Source: Rhynchobatus australiae
Lineage: Eukaryota
Assembly: GCA_034780895.1 (NCBI GenBank)
Contig: JAUZTB010000001.1
Location: 39,605,829 to 39,669,828 of the forward strand
Direction of reading: 5' to 3'
DNA: 64,000 nucleotides
Shown: in pieces, positions 25,705 to 38,137 of the stretch
Numbering within the stretch: the first letter of the stretch is position 1
How the letters are laid out: each line of letters opens with the position of its first letter
Notes under the pieces: model-generated
The model's database searches: none
Seen by the model: only the letters and a program-made list of their open reading frames with translations
Told to the model about the DNA's origin: nothing
Translations under genes and position numbers: made by a program

Positions 25705-26420
25705 GGAAAACTGCTGATAGTAGAAGTCTGAAACAGAAATAAAATGTATTGAAAATACTCAGTAGGTTAGGCATCATCTGTGGAGATAGAAACAGACTTA
25801 ATGTTTCACGATGATGACCAAATTTTCAGAGAAGGGGAAGGAGAAGGAGAGAACACGGGAAATGCCAGTGATACGATTGAGACCAAGAGAAACTAAATGA
25901 CACAAATGATGTTGGTGCTGGCCATGAGAGGGCAGTGAAATTTTTAGATTGTGATTGATCTGTCTTGAGGAAATGTAAAGAAGAGAAAAATTATGCTGCA
26001 ACTGTGACATGTAAAAGACTGCAGTTGCTGGAAATGTGAAATGAAATAGAATAGTAGAAATACCCAGCAGATCAGGCAGCATNNNNNNNNNNNNNNNNNN
26101 NNNNNNNNNNNNNNNNNNNNNNNNNNNNNNNNNNNNNNNNNNNNNNNNNNNNNNNNNNNNNNNNNNNNNNNNNNNNNNNNNNATACCCAGCAGATCAGGC
26201 AGCATCTGTGGAGAGAGTAAACCTAAGTGGAATTGTACACTATGCAATTGCCAGCAAAACCACTTAATGACTACTCATCGGAACTAGCCTGGTCAGAAGA
26301 TGAGATGCTGTTTCTCAAGCTTACAAAAGGGTCTGTTGCAACATCGCTAGAGGCTAAAGACAAAAATCAGAGCAGGAGAATTAAAGTGACAATTCCGTCA
26401 ACTTGGTGGACACACCAGCT
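25705..26420 (-). mobile_element. Cluster of Penelope 3'-end repeats and a GIY-YIG C-terminal relic
   Basis: Two copies of the gaaaatactcagtaggttaggcatcatctgtggaga-type arm (25710-25810, 26015-26220), then cagaagatgagatgctgtttctcaagctt (minus reading KLEKQHLIF). Confidence 0.65.
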
Positions 26421-26699
26421 GACCAAAGGTAAAGAAAACCGAGACTTATCTTATGTTCACCTGGATCTCATTTCTTAAGGTTTACTCAAACCAAATATTA
26501 TCCATAACAAATGTTTCAAGAAACTTCTGATTCAGTAATTGCCAAAATTTGAGTAGCTTTCCTTCCAAAATAAAAAGTACCCCTTGTTACCCCTAGTGCC
26601 AAGAGCATTGGTGAAAGTCTATCAGCAAGAAGTCTCTCCTGTCTTCTAAATTCACTTGTCTTCAAGATAATTACATAGATAAAAGTACTGAAACCACAC

Positions 26700-27030
26700 A
26701 CCCTCGCTTCAGTGTGATATTAAGCCAAAGGCCAGTCTGGTCTCTCAGGTTGGCATAAGAGATCCTGTGGTAATTCTTTGAAGAGTAATTGAGTGATCAG
26801 TGTTCTTACCAATAAATATCCTTTATTCAAAGTTACTAAATTAGTTTACCACACTGCAGTGCCACTGAGTCTTAATCTTGGAACTGATGCCAGCACCACT
26901 GTATGACAACCTTCACTAGAAGCACTGCATCAGTTAAAGGTGATGGCTCATCACCACTTTCTCACAGCCAGTTAGGGATGGGCAAAACTGCAGAGCTTGC
27001 CAATGATGCCATCCTGATAAATGAATAATT
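26700..27030 (+). mobile_element. Deu-domain-like SINE core followed by a LINE family B 3' tail
   Basis: gtctggtctctcaggttggcataagagatcctgtggtaattctttgaagag resembles the Deu core. ctcatcaccactttctcacagccagttagggatgggcaaa matches the family B tail. Confidence 0.5.
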
Positions 27031-27164
27031 ATTTAAAAATTATATAAAGTCACTGAAGGAGCCAAGCTATTAAAATAATCAATGAACAGAATACAAACAC
27101 CAGGATGGCTGGCTGAAAATCTGCGAAATAAAAGTAAACATTAAATTTTAAAAATGCATAAAGG

Positions 27165-27167
<3 letters not shown>

Positions 27168-27203
<36 letters not shown>
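27168..27203. repeat. (GT)18 microsatellite
   Basis: Direct reading. Confidence 0.97.
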
Positions 27204-27206
<3 letters not shown>

Positions 27207-29114
27207 CGTACATGTACAAAAGGGCTTATTTAACAGGGCTTCATAAGAGTTTCTAAAAGTGTAGATGAGGGCAAGTACAAAAGATCATGCCCTGAACAAC
27301 AAAGTTTTCTCAGAAAAGCGAAGTGAAGAACAGACTTGCTATTTCCTTAAGAGACAAGATTTATCTAAACAAGATTAATCTTTAATTGCCAGAATTCTCA
27401 GGACAATCTTGAAGTGTTGCCAACCAGAGGGAATGTAGGGATGGATAATAATGTCTNNNNNNNNNNNNNNNNNNNNNNNNNNNNNNNNNNNNNNNNNNNN
27501 NNNNNNNNNNNNNNNNNNNNNNNNNNNNNNNNNNNNNNNNNNNNNNNNNNNNNNNNNNNNNNNNNNNNNNNNNNNNNNNNNNNNNNNNNNNNNNNNNNNN
27601 NNNNNNNNNNNNNNNNNNNNNNNNNNNNNNNNNNNNNNNNNNNNNNNNNNNNNNNNNNNNNNNNNNNNNNNNNNNNNNNNNNNNNNNNNNNNNNNNNNNN
27701 NNNNNNNNNNNNNNNNNNNNNNNNNNNNNNNNNNNNNNNNNNNNNNNNNNNNNNNNNNNNNNNNNNNNNNNNNNNNNNNNNNNNNNNNNNNNNNNNNNNN
27801 NNNNNNNNNNNNNNNNNNNNNNNNNNNNNNNNNNNNNNNNNNNNNNNNNNNNNNNNNNNNNNNNNNNNNNNNNNNNNNNNNNNNNNNNNNNNNNNNNNNN
27901 NNNNNNNNNNNNNNNNNNNNNNNNNNNNNNNNNNNNNAAAAACAACAAAAAAAATAACTTGATGAAAGTCATATGTTGTGGACTCAGTGTTCATTAAAAT
28001 GTCTGTGGCAACAAATAAGCAGAGCAATCAGACAAACTACTTCACATATGTTCAAGAAGTTGCAACTAGACTACCCTCTCTGACATTGTGTAAAGGAATG
28101 AATTAGCTAAGCAATATGCCTTGCAGAGGACATGACCTACACATGAAGGAGATTAATTCAAAACTAATCAGTGGAAATAATATTAAATTGAGTGAGCAAT
28201 CAACCTATAGAACAAGATCCCCAGAGTTTAATGGAAGCAATTAGTATTGATTTATTCAAATGTAAATTCAATAGATTTCTTTCACAAGATAACATTTTCA
28301 GCAACAAAGGCCTAAATATCCCCAAGGAGACTGCTGCCCACATTTACCATTCCCCAAAGTCACTTTCCCTGAATCCGTTCAAATAATCTTGCTGGGCCAG
28401 GTGGTTCTGAGGCTGAGCAGTGAGGCCAGGGATTTGAATGATGTTATCACGTGGCATAGGCAGGCTAGAAACAGACCCGCCCACGGATGTTCCCAGGATA
28501 TCTCTGTCAGCCAGCAAAGCCCCACACCAGCTTTGACATCTGGAAAAAGTTTGACATTCAGAAACATCTGGAAATTAAAAATATGAAACCATCAGGGCAG
28601 TGAAATGATTACAATGAAAAAAACATTTCAAAACGTCACTAAATAATTACAAACATTAAAGCAAACACATGTTGTTTAAATTATGCAACTTACCTTACTC
28701 TTTCCTTTTTGCTTCAAAGTTGCATATTTGCCATTGCCATACATGGGCTCATATGCCCAGTTGGATTTGAGAACAGATTCTCCAATATTTCTACTGGGGA
28801 AATCTCTGTAAGTTCCTGCCCAGCTGTTTGACTCTGTGCAGATTTCAGTGGCAGAGTACTTCCAGAACAATCAGCTTGCCTAATTGTGATTTCTATATTT
28901 ATACAGGAGTCTCAAAAGTTGTCATCATTTATATTGTGAAATGCCAGCAAAATCCAGAGCTAAATAATTTGAGGTGTCTGTTATATGCTCCAGAAGGAAA
29001 GGTGACTTTGGGTCATTGGTTTCCAAAAAGATTCCCAACTTTGAGGGTTTTCTCATTCCATAACTAGAACTACCGTGAAATAAGCAACATAAATTAATCT
29101 CTATGATTGGTTAT

Positions 29115-29445
29115 AGAACAGTACAGCACAAGAACAGGCCTTTTGGCCCATCATGTGAATGCTGACCATGACGCCAATCTACCTAATCCCATCTGCCTGC
29201 ACATGGTCTGTAATCCCCTATTCCCAGCCTCTTAAACTTTCTCATCATATTTGCTTCTACCACCTCCCCTGGGACTGGCTTTCAGGCACCTAACACTCTG
29301 TTCTAAAAAAAAAACGTGCCTCAGAAGTTTTCTTTAAACTATCCGTCTCTCACCTTAAATTTATGCTCTCTAGTATTTGACATTTCCACCCTGGGAAAAG
29401 AAAAGGACTCTATCTACCCTATGTTTCTTATAACTTTATATACTT
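29115..29445 (-). mobile_element. CR1 3'-end fragment
   Basis: tagaacagtacagcacaagaacaggccttttggccc... is colinear with 9430-9760. Confidence 0.8.
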
Positions 29446-29827
29446 TCATTCATATATTGTCATGATTATTGTTCAACATGTGATTACCACATTGGTAGAA
29501 ATAATCTCAATGAACCTTGGTCTTGATATGTTTAAAAATTTCCTGTCTCTTTTTCTCAGAGATATTAAAATAGGTCGACTTGAAAACTCTGGAGCATTAG
29601 ATGCATGGGATTAATTCAACTTCCAGAACTCAGTCCAGAACAATAAGATTCACAATGTGCGATTCTAGTAATATCACTAAGAGGATGGAGAAGGAGCAGT
29701 CAATTGTGACTTGCAAAATTAAGCACTTCCAACAGTTTGAGAATTGGTTGCAGAAATTAGTTTGAGAAGACAAATTTTCCTTTTTGTGAATTCTGGCTTT
29801 TGTAATTCTGACTTCTGAAGGTCTCTG

Positions 29828-29890
29828 ATACAAAACAGAAAATACTGGAAACACTCAGCCAATAAGGCAGCATTTGTGGACAGAGAAACA
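29828..29890 (-). repeat. Single arm of the Penelope 3'-end repeat
   Basis: aaaacagaaaatactggaaacactcagccaataaggcagcatttgtggacagagaaaca. Confidence 0.7.
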
Positions 29891-30567
29891 AACTTGCTTA
29901 AGGTTTGTGTTTGATCAAAAGAGGCAAGACTACTTTATTCTTTCTTAAAGTTGCAAACTTAAGAGGCACAAAGTTACCTCAGAAAGAACCCCACAAGATG
30001 GCACTCTATGGCTGATTATAGACTTATCAGTGTTGGTGGGGCCAGTTTGAATTGCTATCAATTTCTGCTAGTGAAGTTGACCTTGTACAGCTGTGGAGTT
30101 CAATGAAATCACATGGATTCATACCTGATGATGTTTGGTGCAGGACATTTGCTTCAGGCATGGTTGGACTACATGTTGGGAGCACCAGCTGTTCAATGCT
30201 CCTTGTATTTAATGGGATACCTCACAAACCTTCAAGCCATGCAAAATTTAAGTTAGAGGAAAAAGGATGGGAGAGAGTGGCTCCTCTATAAAATAGAACA
30301 AAAAGAACAGTTCTACTCAAGAAAACTTATGTACTATTCTCCCTTGACTGAATTGTACCTCTTCCTCAAGGACCTCCACTGTAGTTTCTTAATCATTGTA
30401 CCTGTTTTTATCTTTTTGTTGTGCCATTCTTTACTANNNNNNNNNNNNNNNNNNNNNNNNNNNNNNNNNNNNNNNNNNNNNNNNNNNNNNNNNNNNNNNN
30501 NNNNNNNNNNNNNNNNNNNNNNNNNNNNNNNNNNNNNNNNNNNNNNNNNNNNNNNNNNNNNNNNNNN

Positions 30568-30602
30568 CCTCAGTACAAGTGACAATAATAAACCACTACC
30601 AA
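30568..30602 (+). mobile_element. 3' terminus of a Rex-like copy emerging from a gap
   Basis: ctcagtacaagtgacaataataaacca is identical to the end of the 13785-14435 copy. Confidence 0.75.
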
Positions 30603-30859
30603 ATAACAATGACTAAACAGAACAAGAGTTAGTGTACTGTCTACACTCAATTGCAACCAATAGGTAGCATTTAATCTCACACAATCTCTATGTCCACATT
30701 TCACTCCTATTCAATTTAGCACCAACTGACTAAACTTCTGAGAAATAATGTCTATATTGAAACTAGATTATTTAACCTTTAGTGTTTGGGCTGTCCTCTT
30801 AAATTAAAAGATATAGCTAAATTGAAAATAATTGAAAATAAAACTCTATGTGATTTTTA

Positions 30860-31311
30860 TCTCTTCGTAATTTTTATAAATGACCTGGATAAGGAAGTGG
30901 AGGGATAGGTTAGTAAGTTTGCGGATGACACAAAGGTTGTGGTGTTGTGGATAGTTTGGAGGGCTATCAGAGGTTACAGAGGAACATAGATAGGATGCAA
31001 AGTTGGACTGAGAAGTGGCAGATGCAGTTCAACACAGGTAAGTGTGGTTCATTTTGGTAGGTCAAATATGATGGCAGAATATAGAATTAACGGTAGGACT
31101 CTTGGCAGTGTGGAGGATCAGAGGGACCTTGGGGTCAGAGTCCATAGGATGCTCAAAGTGGCTGCGCAGGTTGACTCTGTGGTTAAGAAGGCATATGATG
31201 TATTGTCCTTCATCAATCAGGGAATTGAATTTAGGTATCGTTGCAACAAGAGGTACTGTTGCAGCTATATAGGTCCCTGGTCAGACCCCACTTGGGAGTA
31301 TTGTGCTCAGT
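30860..31311 (+). mobile_element. CR1 RT fragment running into a gap
   Basis: agtaagtttgcggatgacacaaag encodes SKFADDTK, the RT catalytic motif. Also VHFGRSN...GSVEDQRDLGVRVHR. Confidence 0.9.
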
Positions 31312-31614
31312 NNNNNNNNNNNNNNNNNNNNNNNNNNNNNNNNNNNNNNNNNNNNNNNNNNNNNNNNNNNNNNNNNNNNNNNNNNNNNNNNNNNNNNNNN
31401 NNNNNNNNNNNTGACTGACCTTTACAAACGTTTAAGAAAATTCTCACAGACATACTTAAATTGTCTTCCCAGCTCAAGTATTTATAACTTGAAGTAATCA
31501 TGTCCTCCTCTCAACCTCTATGCCCATCTTTTTCCCCAGGGATGAACAATAAACCAGGAATGAACATTAATTTCTAACAGTGATATTGCTGCAGTTTTGT
31601 TTTCAATTTATTTT

Positions 31615-33170
31615 CAGGATCTGGAGATCACTGGCAAGGATGACAATTATTACTTATCCCTAACTACCCTTGAGAAGATAATGATGAAACACTTTCTAAA
31701 ACCACTGCAGATCTTCAGGTGAGGATAGGGTGGGTAGAGTGTGCTTGAGTTTACATGCAACGAAGATTAAAGAATGGCAATACATTTCCAATGAGGGGAA
31801 CTGCTGGACTGAATGAATGTTTAGNNNNNNNNNNTTAGGATGGTGGATGGGGTGCCAATTAAATGGTTGTTTTGATCTAGATGGTATTGAGCTTCTGAAA
31901 GTTGTTGGTACTGTATTCATGCTATTCATCCAGGAAAGTGGAAAGCATTTCATCATGCTCCTGATCTTTGCCTTGAAGATGATGGAAAGTTCTTGAGTTG
32001 TCAGGAAATGAATCATCTGCCATAGGATGCCCATCCTCTGACTGTGTAGCTATGATATTTATGGTGAAACAAAGGACTGCAGGTGCTGGAATCTCACTGG
32101 ACCATTCAAATTTCAGTTCAATGGTGACCCCCAAAATATTGATAATGGTGAACTCAGTGATGGTGATTTCACAGTGCTTCAAGGGTAAGTGGTTAGACTG
32201 TCTCTGACTTGACATTGCCTGATACTTCTACAGGATGAATACTACTTGCCACTTATAAGCCCATAATTAAAATATTGTTCAGGTCCTTCTACATGCTGGC
32301 ATAAACTGCTTGGTAACTGAACATTGTGCAATCACCATGAGTATCCCCATTTCTAACTGTATGACGGAAAGAAGGTCATTGATGAATCTGAAGACAGTCA
32401 AGCCTAGAATGCTGCCTGAAGAAACTTCCACAATGATGCCCTAGGGCTGGTATAACTAACCCCAACAACCACAATCACCCTTTATGGGAGGTATGACTCC
32501 CCAAGTTTTCCCTTTGACTCCATTGACTTCAGTTTCACCAGAACAGCTAAACGCCATGCTCAGTCAAACGCTGTTTTGGTGTCAAGGACCATATGTTCTC
32601 CCCATGACAGAGTGGATTTTCCCTGGGTGCTCTGGTTTCTTGCACATCCCACAGACGTGGGATAGTAAGTTAATTGGCCACTGTAAATTGCCACTTGTAT
32701 GTAGATGGGTAGTCGAATCTAGAGGGAGTTGATGATCAGTGCAGACTCGATGGGCCAAAGGGCTTGTTTCCATGCTGCATCTCCCTATAACTCTAAGCTC
32801 ACTCCTCCTCTGGAATTCAGCTCTTTAGTCCATGTTTGAACTAAGGCTTTGATTAGATCTGAGGCAGAGATGTCCTGGCATAACCCAATTGGGCATCAGT
32901 GTGTAGATTACTGGCAAACAAGTGCCACTTGATAACACCATCAACAACAACATTTATCACGTTACTGATGATTGAGAAAAGACTGACTGGGCAGACATTA
33001 GCTGGATAAGATTTGTCCTGCTTTTTTTGTGAACTGAACATATCTGGGCAATTTTCCATTTTGTCAGGTGGATGCTAGTGCTGTAACTGTACTGAAGCAG
33101 CTTGGCTGGAAGAACAGCTCATTCTGTTAGTGCAGATCTTCGGTACCACAGCTAGGATGTTGTGGGTGGC
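31615..33170 (-). mobile_element. Degenerate LINE family B (RT to 3' tail), host of a V-SINE insertion
   Basis: Minus peptides DKSYPANVCPVSLFSIISNV...HLFASNLHTDAQLGY and TIINILGVTIELKFEWS. The tail lies at 31620-31680. Confidence 0.7.
32591..32795 (+). mobile_element. 5'-truncated V-SINE (HE1-like) with CR1/HER1-type 3' tail
   Basis: V-domain-like gttctccccatgacagagtggattttccctgggtgctctggtttcttgcacatcccacagacgtg...ttaattggccactgtaaattgcc. The tail tgggccaaagggcttgtttccatgctg matches the CR1 end at 51055-51095. Confidence 0.8.
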
Positions 33171-33884
33171 ACATTCTGCTATGCTGAACATAATGCCATG
33201 AAAGAAACCTCCTGTTCCTTGACTTCTACATTTAATCTAGTAGGTTAAGTGTGGAGAATCCCTCTCAGGAAGAGAGTACAGATAACTTCAGTGTGGTAAA
33301 TGCACATTAAACGTGATACTACAGGAGTTTCATGAATTTTTAACCCAAGAAGCTGGTGGCTGCTTTGCTTAAAATGCATAGCTAGTTGGATGATAACTCA
33401 TTTCAAAATCAGGATGGATTTTAAATGGTGACTAAGGCAGAGACCACCAGCTGACATTTAATGTTTGTTCTCTTCTCCTTCAATNNNNNNNNNNNNNNNN
33501 NNNNNNNNNNNNNNNNNNNNNNNNNNNNNNNNNNNNNNNNNNNNNNNNNNNNNNNNNNNNNNNNNNNTCCAACTCACAGGACAGGTTTCTACTTCTTTTC
33601 ACTTAAATAAATTTAAATATTATCAAGCTATTCTGTATGTTTGAAACACCAAATTCCACTTTAAATTTCAATTCTTTGTTTGATCTTTATGCTTTTTAAA
33701 GTTTTAATGGAGTTTATTAGCAAGTTATACTTCAAAGGTCATGTTTCTGTTCTCACAACCTCAAAGGGCATACATTGATCTTCTATTGGGGAGAAAGTGA
33801 TTATATAAATAGTATAAAACAATGTTATATTATTTTTTTGCCTTGCTTCCATCAGGAGACTTTTTAGATTTTTATGGGTGACAT

Positions 33885-34820
33885 CTGAAATGGCCATCAC
33901 AAGCTCCAGGTTGCATGCCATTTCAACTCCCCTTTCCATTCCCACACAAAACTGTTCTCTGCCTTCTTCACTGCCAGGATGAGGCCCAATGCAAACTAGA
34001 AGAAGATCATCTCTTTTAAAAAAGGAGAAATTTCTCTAGCCAGAGGGTTATAGATTTATGGAATTTGTTGCCACATACAGCTGTGGAGGCCCGATCATTG
34101 GGGGTGTTTAAGGAGAAGATTGATNNNNNNNNNNNNNNNNNNNNNNNNNNNNNNNNNNNNNNNNNNNNNNNNNNNNNNNNNNNNNNNNNNNNNNNNNNNN
34201 NNNNNNNNNNNNNNNNNNNNNNNNNNNNNNNNNNNNNNNNNNNNNNNNNNNNNNNNNNNNNNNNNNNNNNNNNNNNNNNNNNNNNNNNNNNNNNNNNNNN
34301 NNNNNNNNNNNNNNNNNNNNNNNNNNNNNNNNNNNNNNNNNNNNNNNNNNNNNNNNNNNNNNNNNNNNNNNNNNNNNNNNNNNNNNNNNNNNNNNNNNNN
34401 NNNNNNNNNNNNNNNNNNNNNNNNNNNNNNNNNNNNNNNNNNNNNNNNNNNNNNNNNNNNNNNNNNNNNNNNNNNNNNNNNNNNNNNNNNNNNNNNNNNN
34501 NNNNNNNNNNNNNNNNNNNNNNNNNNNNNNNNNNNNNNNNNNNNNNNNNNNNNNNNNNNNNNNNNNNNNNNNNNNNNNNNNNNNNNNNNNNNNNNNNNNN
34601 NNNNNNNNNNNNNNNNNNNNNNNNNNNNNNNNNNNNNNNNNNNNNNNNNNNNNNNNNNNNNNNNNNNNNNNNNNNNNNNNNNNNNNCCAGCCATCTTCCC
34701 TCTCCACACTCAGATCTTGCTCCAGGTTCCACACCCAAAGCATTGACAATTCCTTTCCCCCAACAGATGCTGCTCAACCAGCTGAGTTCCTCCAGCAGTT
34801 TGTTGTTTGCTCAGATTCCC
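33885..34820 (+). mobile_element. Penelope-like 3' fragment (GIY-YIG C-terminus plus 3' repeat) interrupted by a CR1 piece and a gap
   Basis: ACHFNSPFHSH...EAQCKLEEDHL at 33910-34015. The 3'-end repeat cattgacaattcctttccccaacagatgctgctcaaccagctgagttcctccagcag lies at 34740-34800. Confidence 0.65.
34016..34124 (+). mobile_element. CR1 3' fragment running into a gap
   Basis: aggagaaatttctctagccagagggttatagatttatggaatttgttgccacatacagctgtggaggc, reading RNFSSQRVIDLWNLLPHTAVEA. Confidence 0.8.
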
Positions 34821-36145
34821 TTGCTGCCTTTCGTATCCTTTCGCAGTATGTTCCATAATTTACAAACTGAATTTCCATCTTAAAATTTGGAAAATCTAAT
34901 TTACTTGGTTCTTAACATTTTCTGAGAAACTTTTCTTCAAGTTGGAAATATCGTATAGATTCTATTGAATATTCAGGGAGTGGTGACCTTCCATTCAGAA
35001 ATAGCTTGGGGTTAGGTAAGTGTCATGTATGTGTGGGTACAACACTCCATTACTGCCTAAAACCTCAAGATTCCCAAAATCATGGGAAATTCATATAGAC
35101 CACTGTCAGTTGCTGTCTAATGAAGAAGGGGAAATATTCCTCAGTTTGAGTGTAGAGACTCCATCAGTTCACAGACACAGCAGTTGTCACAGTTCAGCCT
35201 TATCTGCCAAGGACACTTCACATTTAGGCCCTGTTCTCCTTTTCCTAGTCATACTTAAACACCAGTAGATCCGTCACAAGGGTCTAAACTTTCTATTTGG
35301 AAACAAAACCACAAGGCGGCTTCACATTGATAATGACCAGAGGCCTCTACAATTATTATAACACTGCACTGCAGCCCAACTGAGACCAACAAGCGCTCCT
35401 ACAAGTTAGTCCCCAACAAACTAGAGGCTAGTTAATGGTTCCTTTTCAAAGACACAGGCATGTGACTTATTCCTGATGAATAGATGTGATATGCTGGGCA
35501 CGGCTCCCCTTTGTGTTGGGTACATATATAAAACTCAATGTAGTTAAGAAAGCAACAAATGACAGTTGAACAAGGATTAACGTCACTGCTGCATATTCTG
35601 CACACCATAAGTAGTCCAAACACAATTGTACGCAAATTGTGCTACATAAAATACCTGCAAAATGTAATTGATTTTCTACCACCATATTTAATAACAACAG
35701 CTGTTTTGTACATTTTCAGTATATTCTTTTACTTTTTAATCATTCAAGCTATCTAATAATATTAGCACATGAATTTTAAATGGTACATTGTTCTGCAAAA
35801 ATGGGGCCAATAAGCTTTTACATGTGATTGAAAATGATTGTACAGCCAGTCCCCAGATAAAGGTTCAGTTCCTGAGATATATCCGTAAGCCAATTTTTCT
35901 GCAAGTCAGAATTTATATACCTACTCATATAATTAAACTAATGGAATTTTACAGTATCCAATCATTAATGATTACCACAAAACATATTATTATTACTATC
36001 TGGAAAAATACTTCTAAAATGAATGGGAAAATTTGCATAAAGATGTATTTTCATAAGTCAGGCCATCCGTAAGCTGGGGAGCCCTTGTATTATATTTGGA
36101 CTTGAAACGCCCTTGTTATTGGTCANNNNNNNNNNCAGTATAATT

Positions 36146-36294
36146 TAATGGAGACACAAGAGACTGCTGACATTTTGGGACGAAACCCTGCATCAGTCCA
36201 GGTGCAGGGTTTCGACATGAAACATTGACAATTCCTTTCCTCCCACAGATACTGCTCAACCCACTGAGTTCCTCCAGCAGATTGTTTGTCGCTT
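36146..36294. repeat. Short fold-back Penelope-3'-end-derived element flanked by a 10-bp direct repeat (cagtataatt)
   Basis: Inverted core cgaaaccctgca-tcagtccagg-tgcagggtttcg. cagtataatt occurs at 36136-36145 and 36295-36304. Confidence 0.7.
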
Positions 36295-36544
36295 CAGTAT
36301 AATTCTTGTTAAGTTAAAGGATGATGAAAAAATAGATTTTAAAATATAGCTTCTTTCAAAAGAAACTGAACATCACCCACTTTACATAAATATTGAGGAC
36401 CTTACTGCTGGCATTAACACAAATTAAAGTACTGAATTGGTTGCACCACAATAAATAAATTAAGATTTGATTAGATCAATGGTACTCCTTAGCATCCAAT
36501 GCAATTTTATACAGTCAGTGGCTTTATATTCCTGGAGTTAGGAA

Positions 36545-36895
36545 GAATGAGAAGTGATCGCACTGAAATTTAAGATTTTGAGGTGTATTGACAGGGTAGG
36601 TGCTGGGAGAATGTTTGCCCTCAAGAAAGCATCTGGTATTGAGTTGCAGAGTTTCAGAATAAGGGATCATCCAATTAAATTCATAAGATTGTGAATGTGT
36701 GTAATTCTCTACCTCAGCAGGTTGTGGAGGCTGAGCCATTGAATATATTCAAAGCAGATAGGTAGGTTATAGGGGAGATAAAGGATTATCAGGATTGGGT
36801 AGGAATATGCAGCCAAGGCCAAGATCACATCAGCTATGACCTTAATGAACGGCAGAGCCAGCTCAAGGAGCCGTGTGGCCTAATCCTGCTCTTTA
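36545..36895 (+). mobile_element. Old CR1 3' fragment
   Basis: taagattttgaggtgtattgacagggtagg...ggttgtggaggctgagccattgaatatattcaaagcaga...tggcctaatcctgctc. Confidence 0.7.
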
Positions 36896-37890
36896 CGTTC
36901 AATCACAGACTTGCAAAAGGATTACGTAGATTAGCGAGAGAAAAAGAATTACAGGGCAACTGGGAACATGACAAGAAAAGGTCCAAATAGATTGCTTTTT
37001 CAAAAATCTGTCATGACTAAAATTGGGTTGAATGCCTTTAGTTGGTGCCATAACAATTCTATGCTTTAATATTTATCAGCTGTGATCTAATTGACTGATG
37101 GAACAATATCCCAGAGCTGCATAGCCTACTCATGTTCTTACAAAAATTCCATATCTGTCAGGGTCAAACTGTAGGTAAGAGTTCAAAAATATATAGTGGC
37201 ATCCATTTAATGTAATAGTTTCAAATTATGAAAGAGCTATTGGTATAATTTTTACTTTTCCTTGTAGAAATATAAATCATATAACTAACTCAAGCTTCAA
37301 ATGTCAGCATTCATAAAACAAATTAATTGCAATACTGAATTTGAATACTAAACATCTTTTGACAGGCAGCTTTCACTTGATCAATATTTGACTGAGCACA
37401 ATATGTCAAAAATCTGCCAAGAAGAAAGATAACCCTCATGAGGACATTATCAAATGATGGAATGTGAACCAATCATTTCCCTCAAGAAGCTTCAGATAAT
37501 ACAAAGTTCTCTGCTATGTTCCAGACCACTCAGCAATTGTTCAAAATTAAAGAATAGCACTGTATTTTTTTTTAAAACAGTGAAACAATGTGAAAAATCA
37601 GTGACCAAAGCCTATAAACACAGGACACCAAAGCTGGAGCAAAAATGCTGCAGTAATTCAAAAAGCAATAAATCCCAGGATTCTTAAGTAGCATTGTCCC
37701 CCAAGTTTTTAAAGATAAAAAGAAACCAAAAAGACACAACAAGAGGAAGAGGTGTGCCTGTGCAATGAATGTTAATTGTAATGGAATAAAGCTGTGGCAG
37801 AACCAGAAAGTCTGAAATATTAAATATCGTTTCAATGCCATCAGGAAGTGGAGAGCACCAAAAAGTAATCAAGTGCACTTCATCTGTTGT

Positions 37891-37908
37891 GGGGGGGGGG
37901 GGGGGGGG
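37891..37908 (+). repeat. G18 homopolymer
   Basis: Direct reading. Confidence 0.95.
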
Positions 37909-38137
37909 AGAAATTATTCAGCTCTTGTGGGGAACCAACTGACCAGCAGGATCAGGCCTTGAAGAGGGAAGCTGATCCAGGGGAGGAAAGGGAAGGGGGA
38001 CAGCATTTTTGTAAAGCTATAACTCATTGAGTCGGTAAAGTGCAAGTGATGCCAGTTCGCCTCCAGGGAGATGATAGAATATGGACCACAAACTTTCTAT
38101 CCATTTTTACTAAAAACTAAGGCCAGGATCAACCACA

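Noticed and set aside
26060-26205. Exact 23-bp direct repeat atacccagcagatcaggcagcat on both sides of a 100-N gap
   Set aside because: Identical copies directly abutting a standard-size gap indicate an unmerged contig overlap, not a biological duplication.
35150-35430. Faint resemblance to LF-SINE-like ancient SINE sequence
   Set aside because: Only a short word (ttggtctcagt on minus) matched from memory, which is insufficient support.
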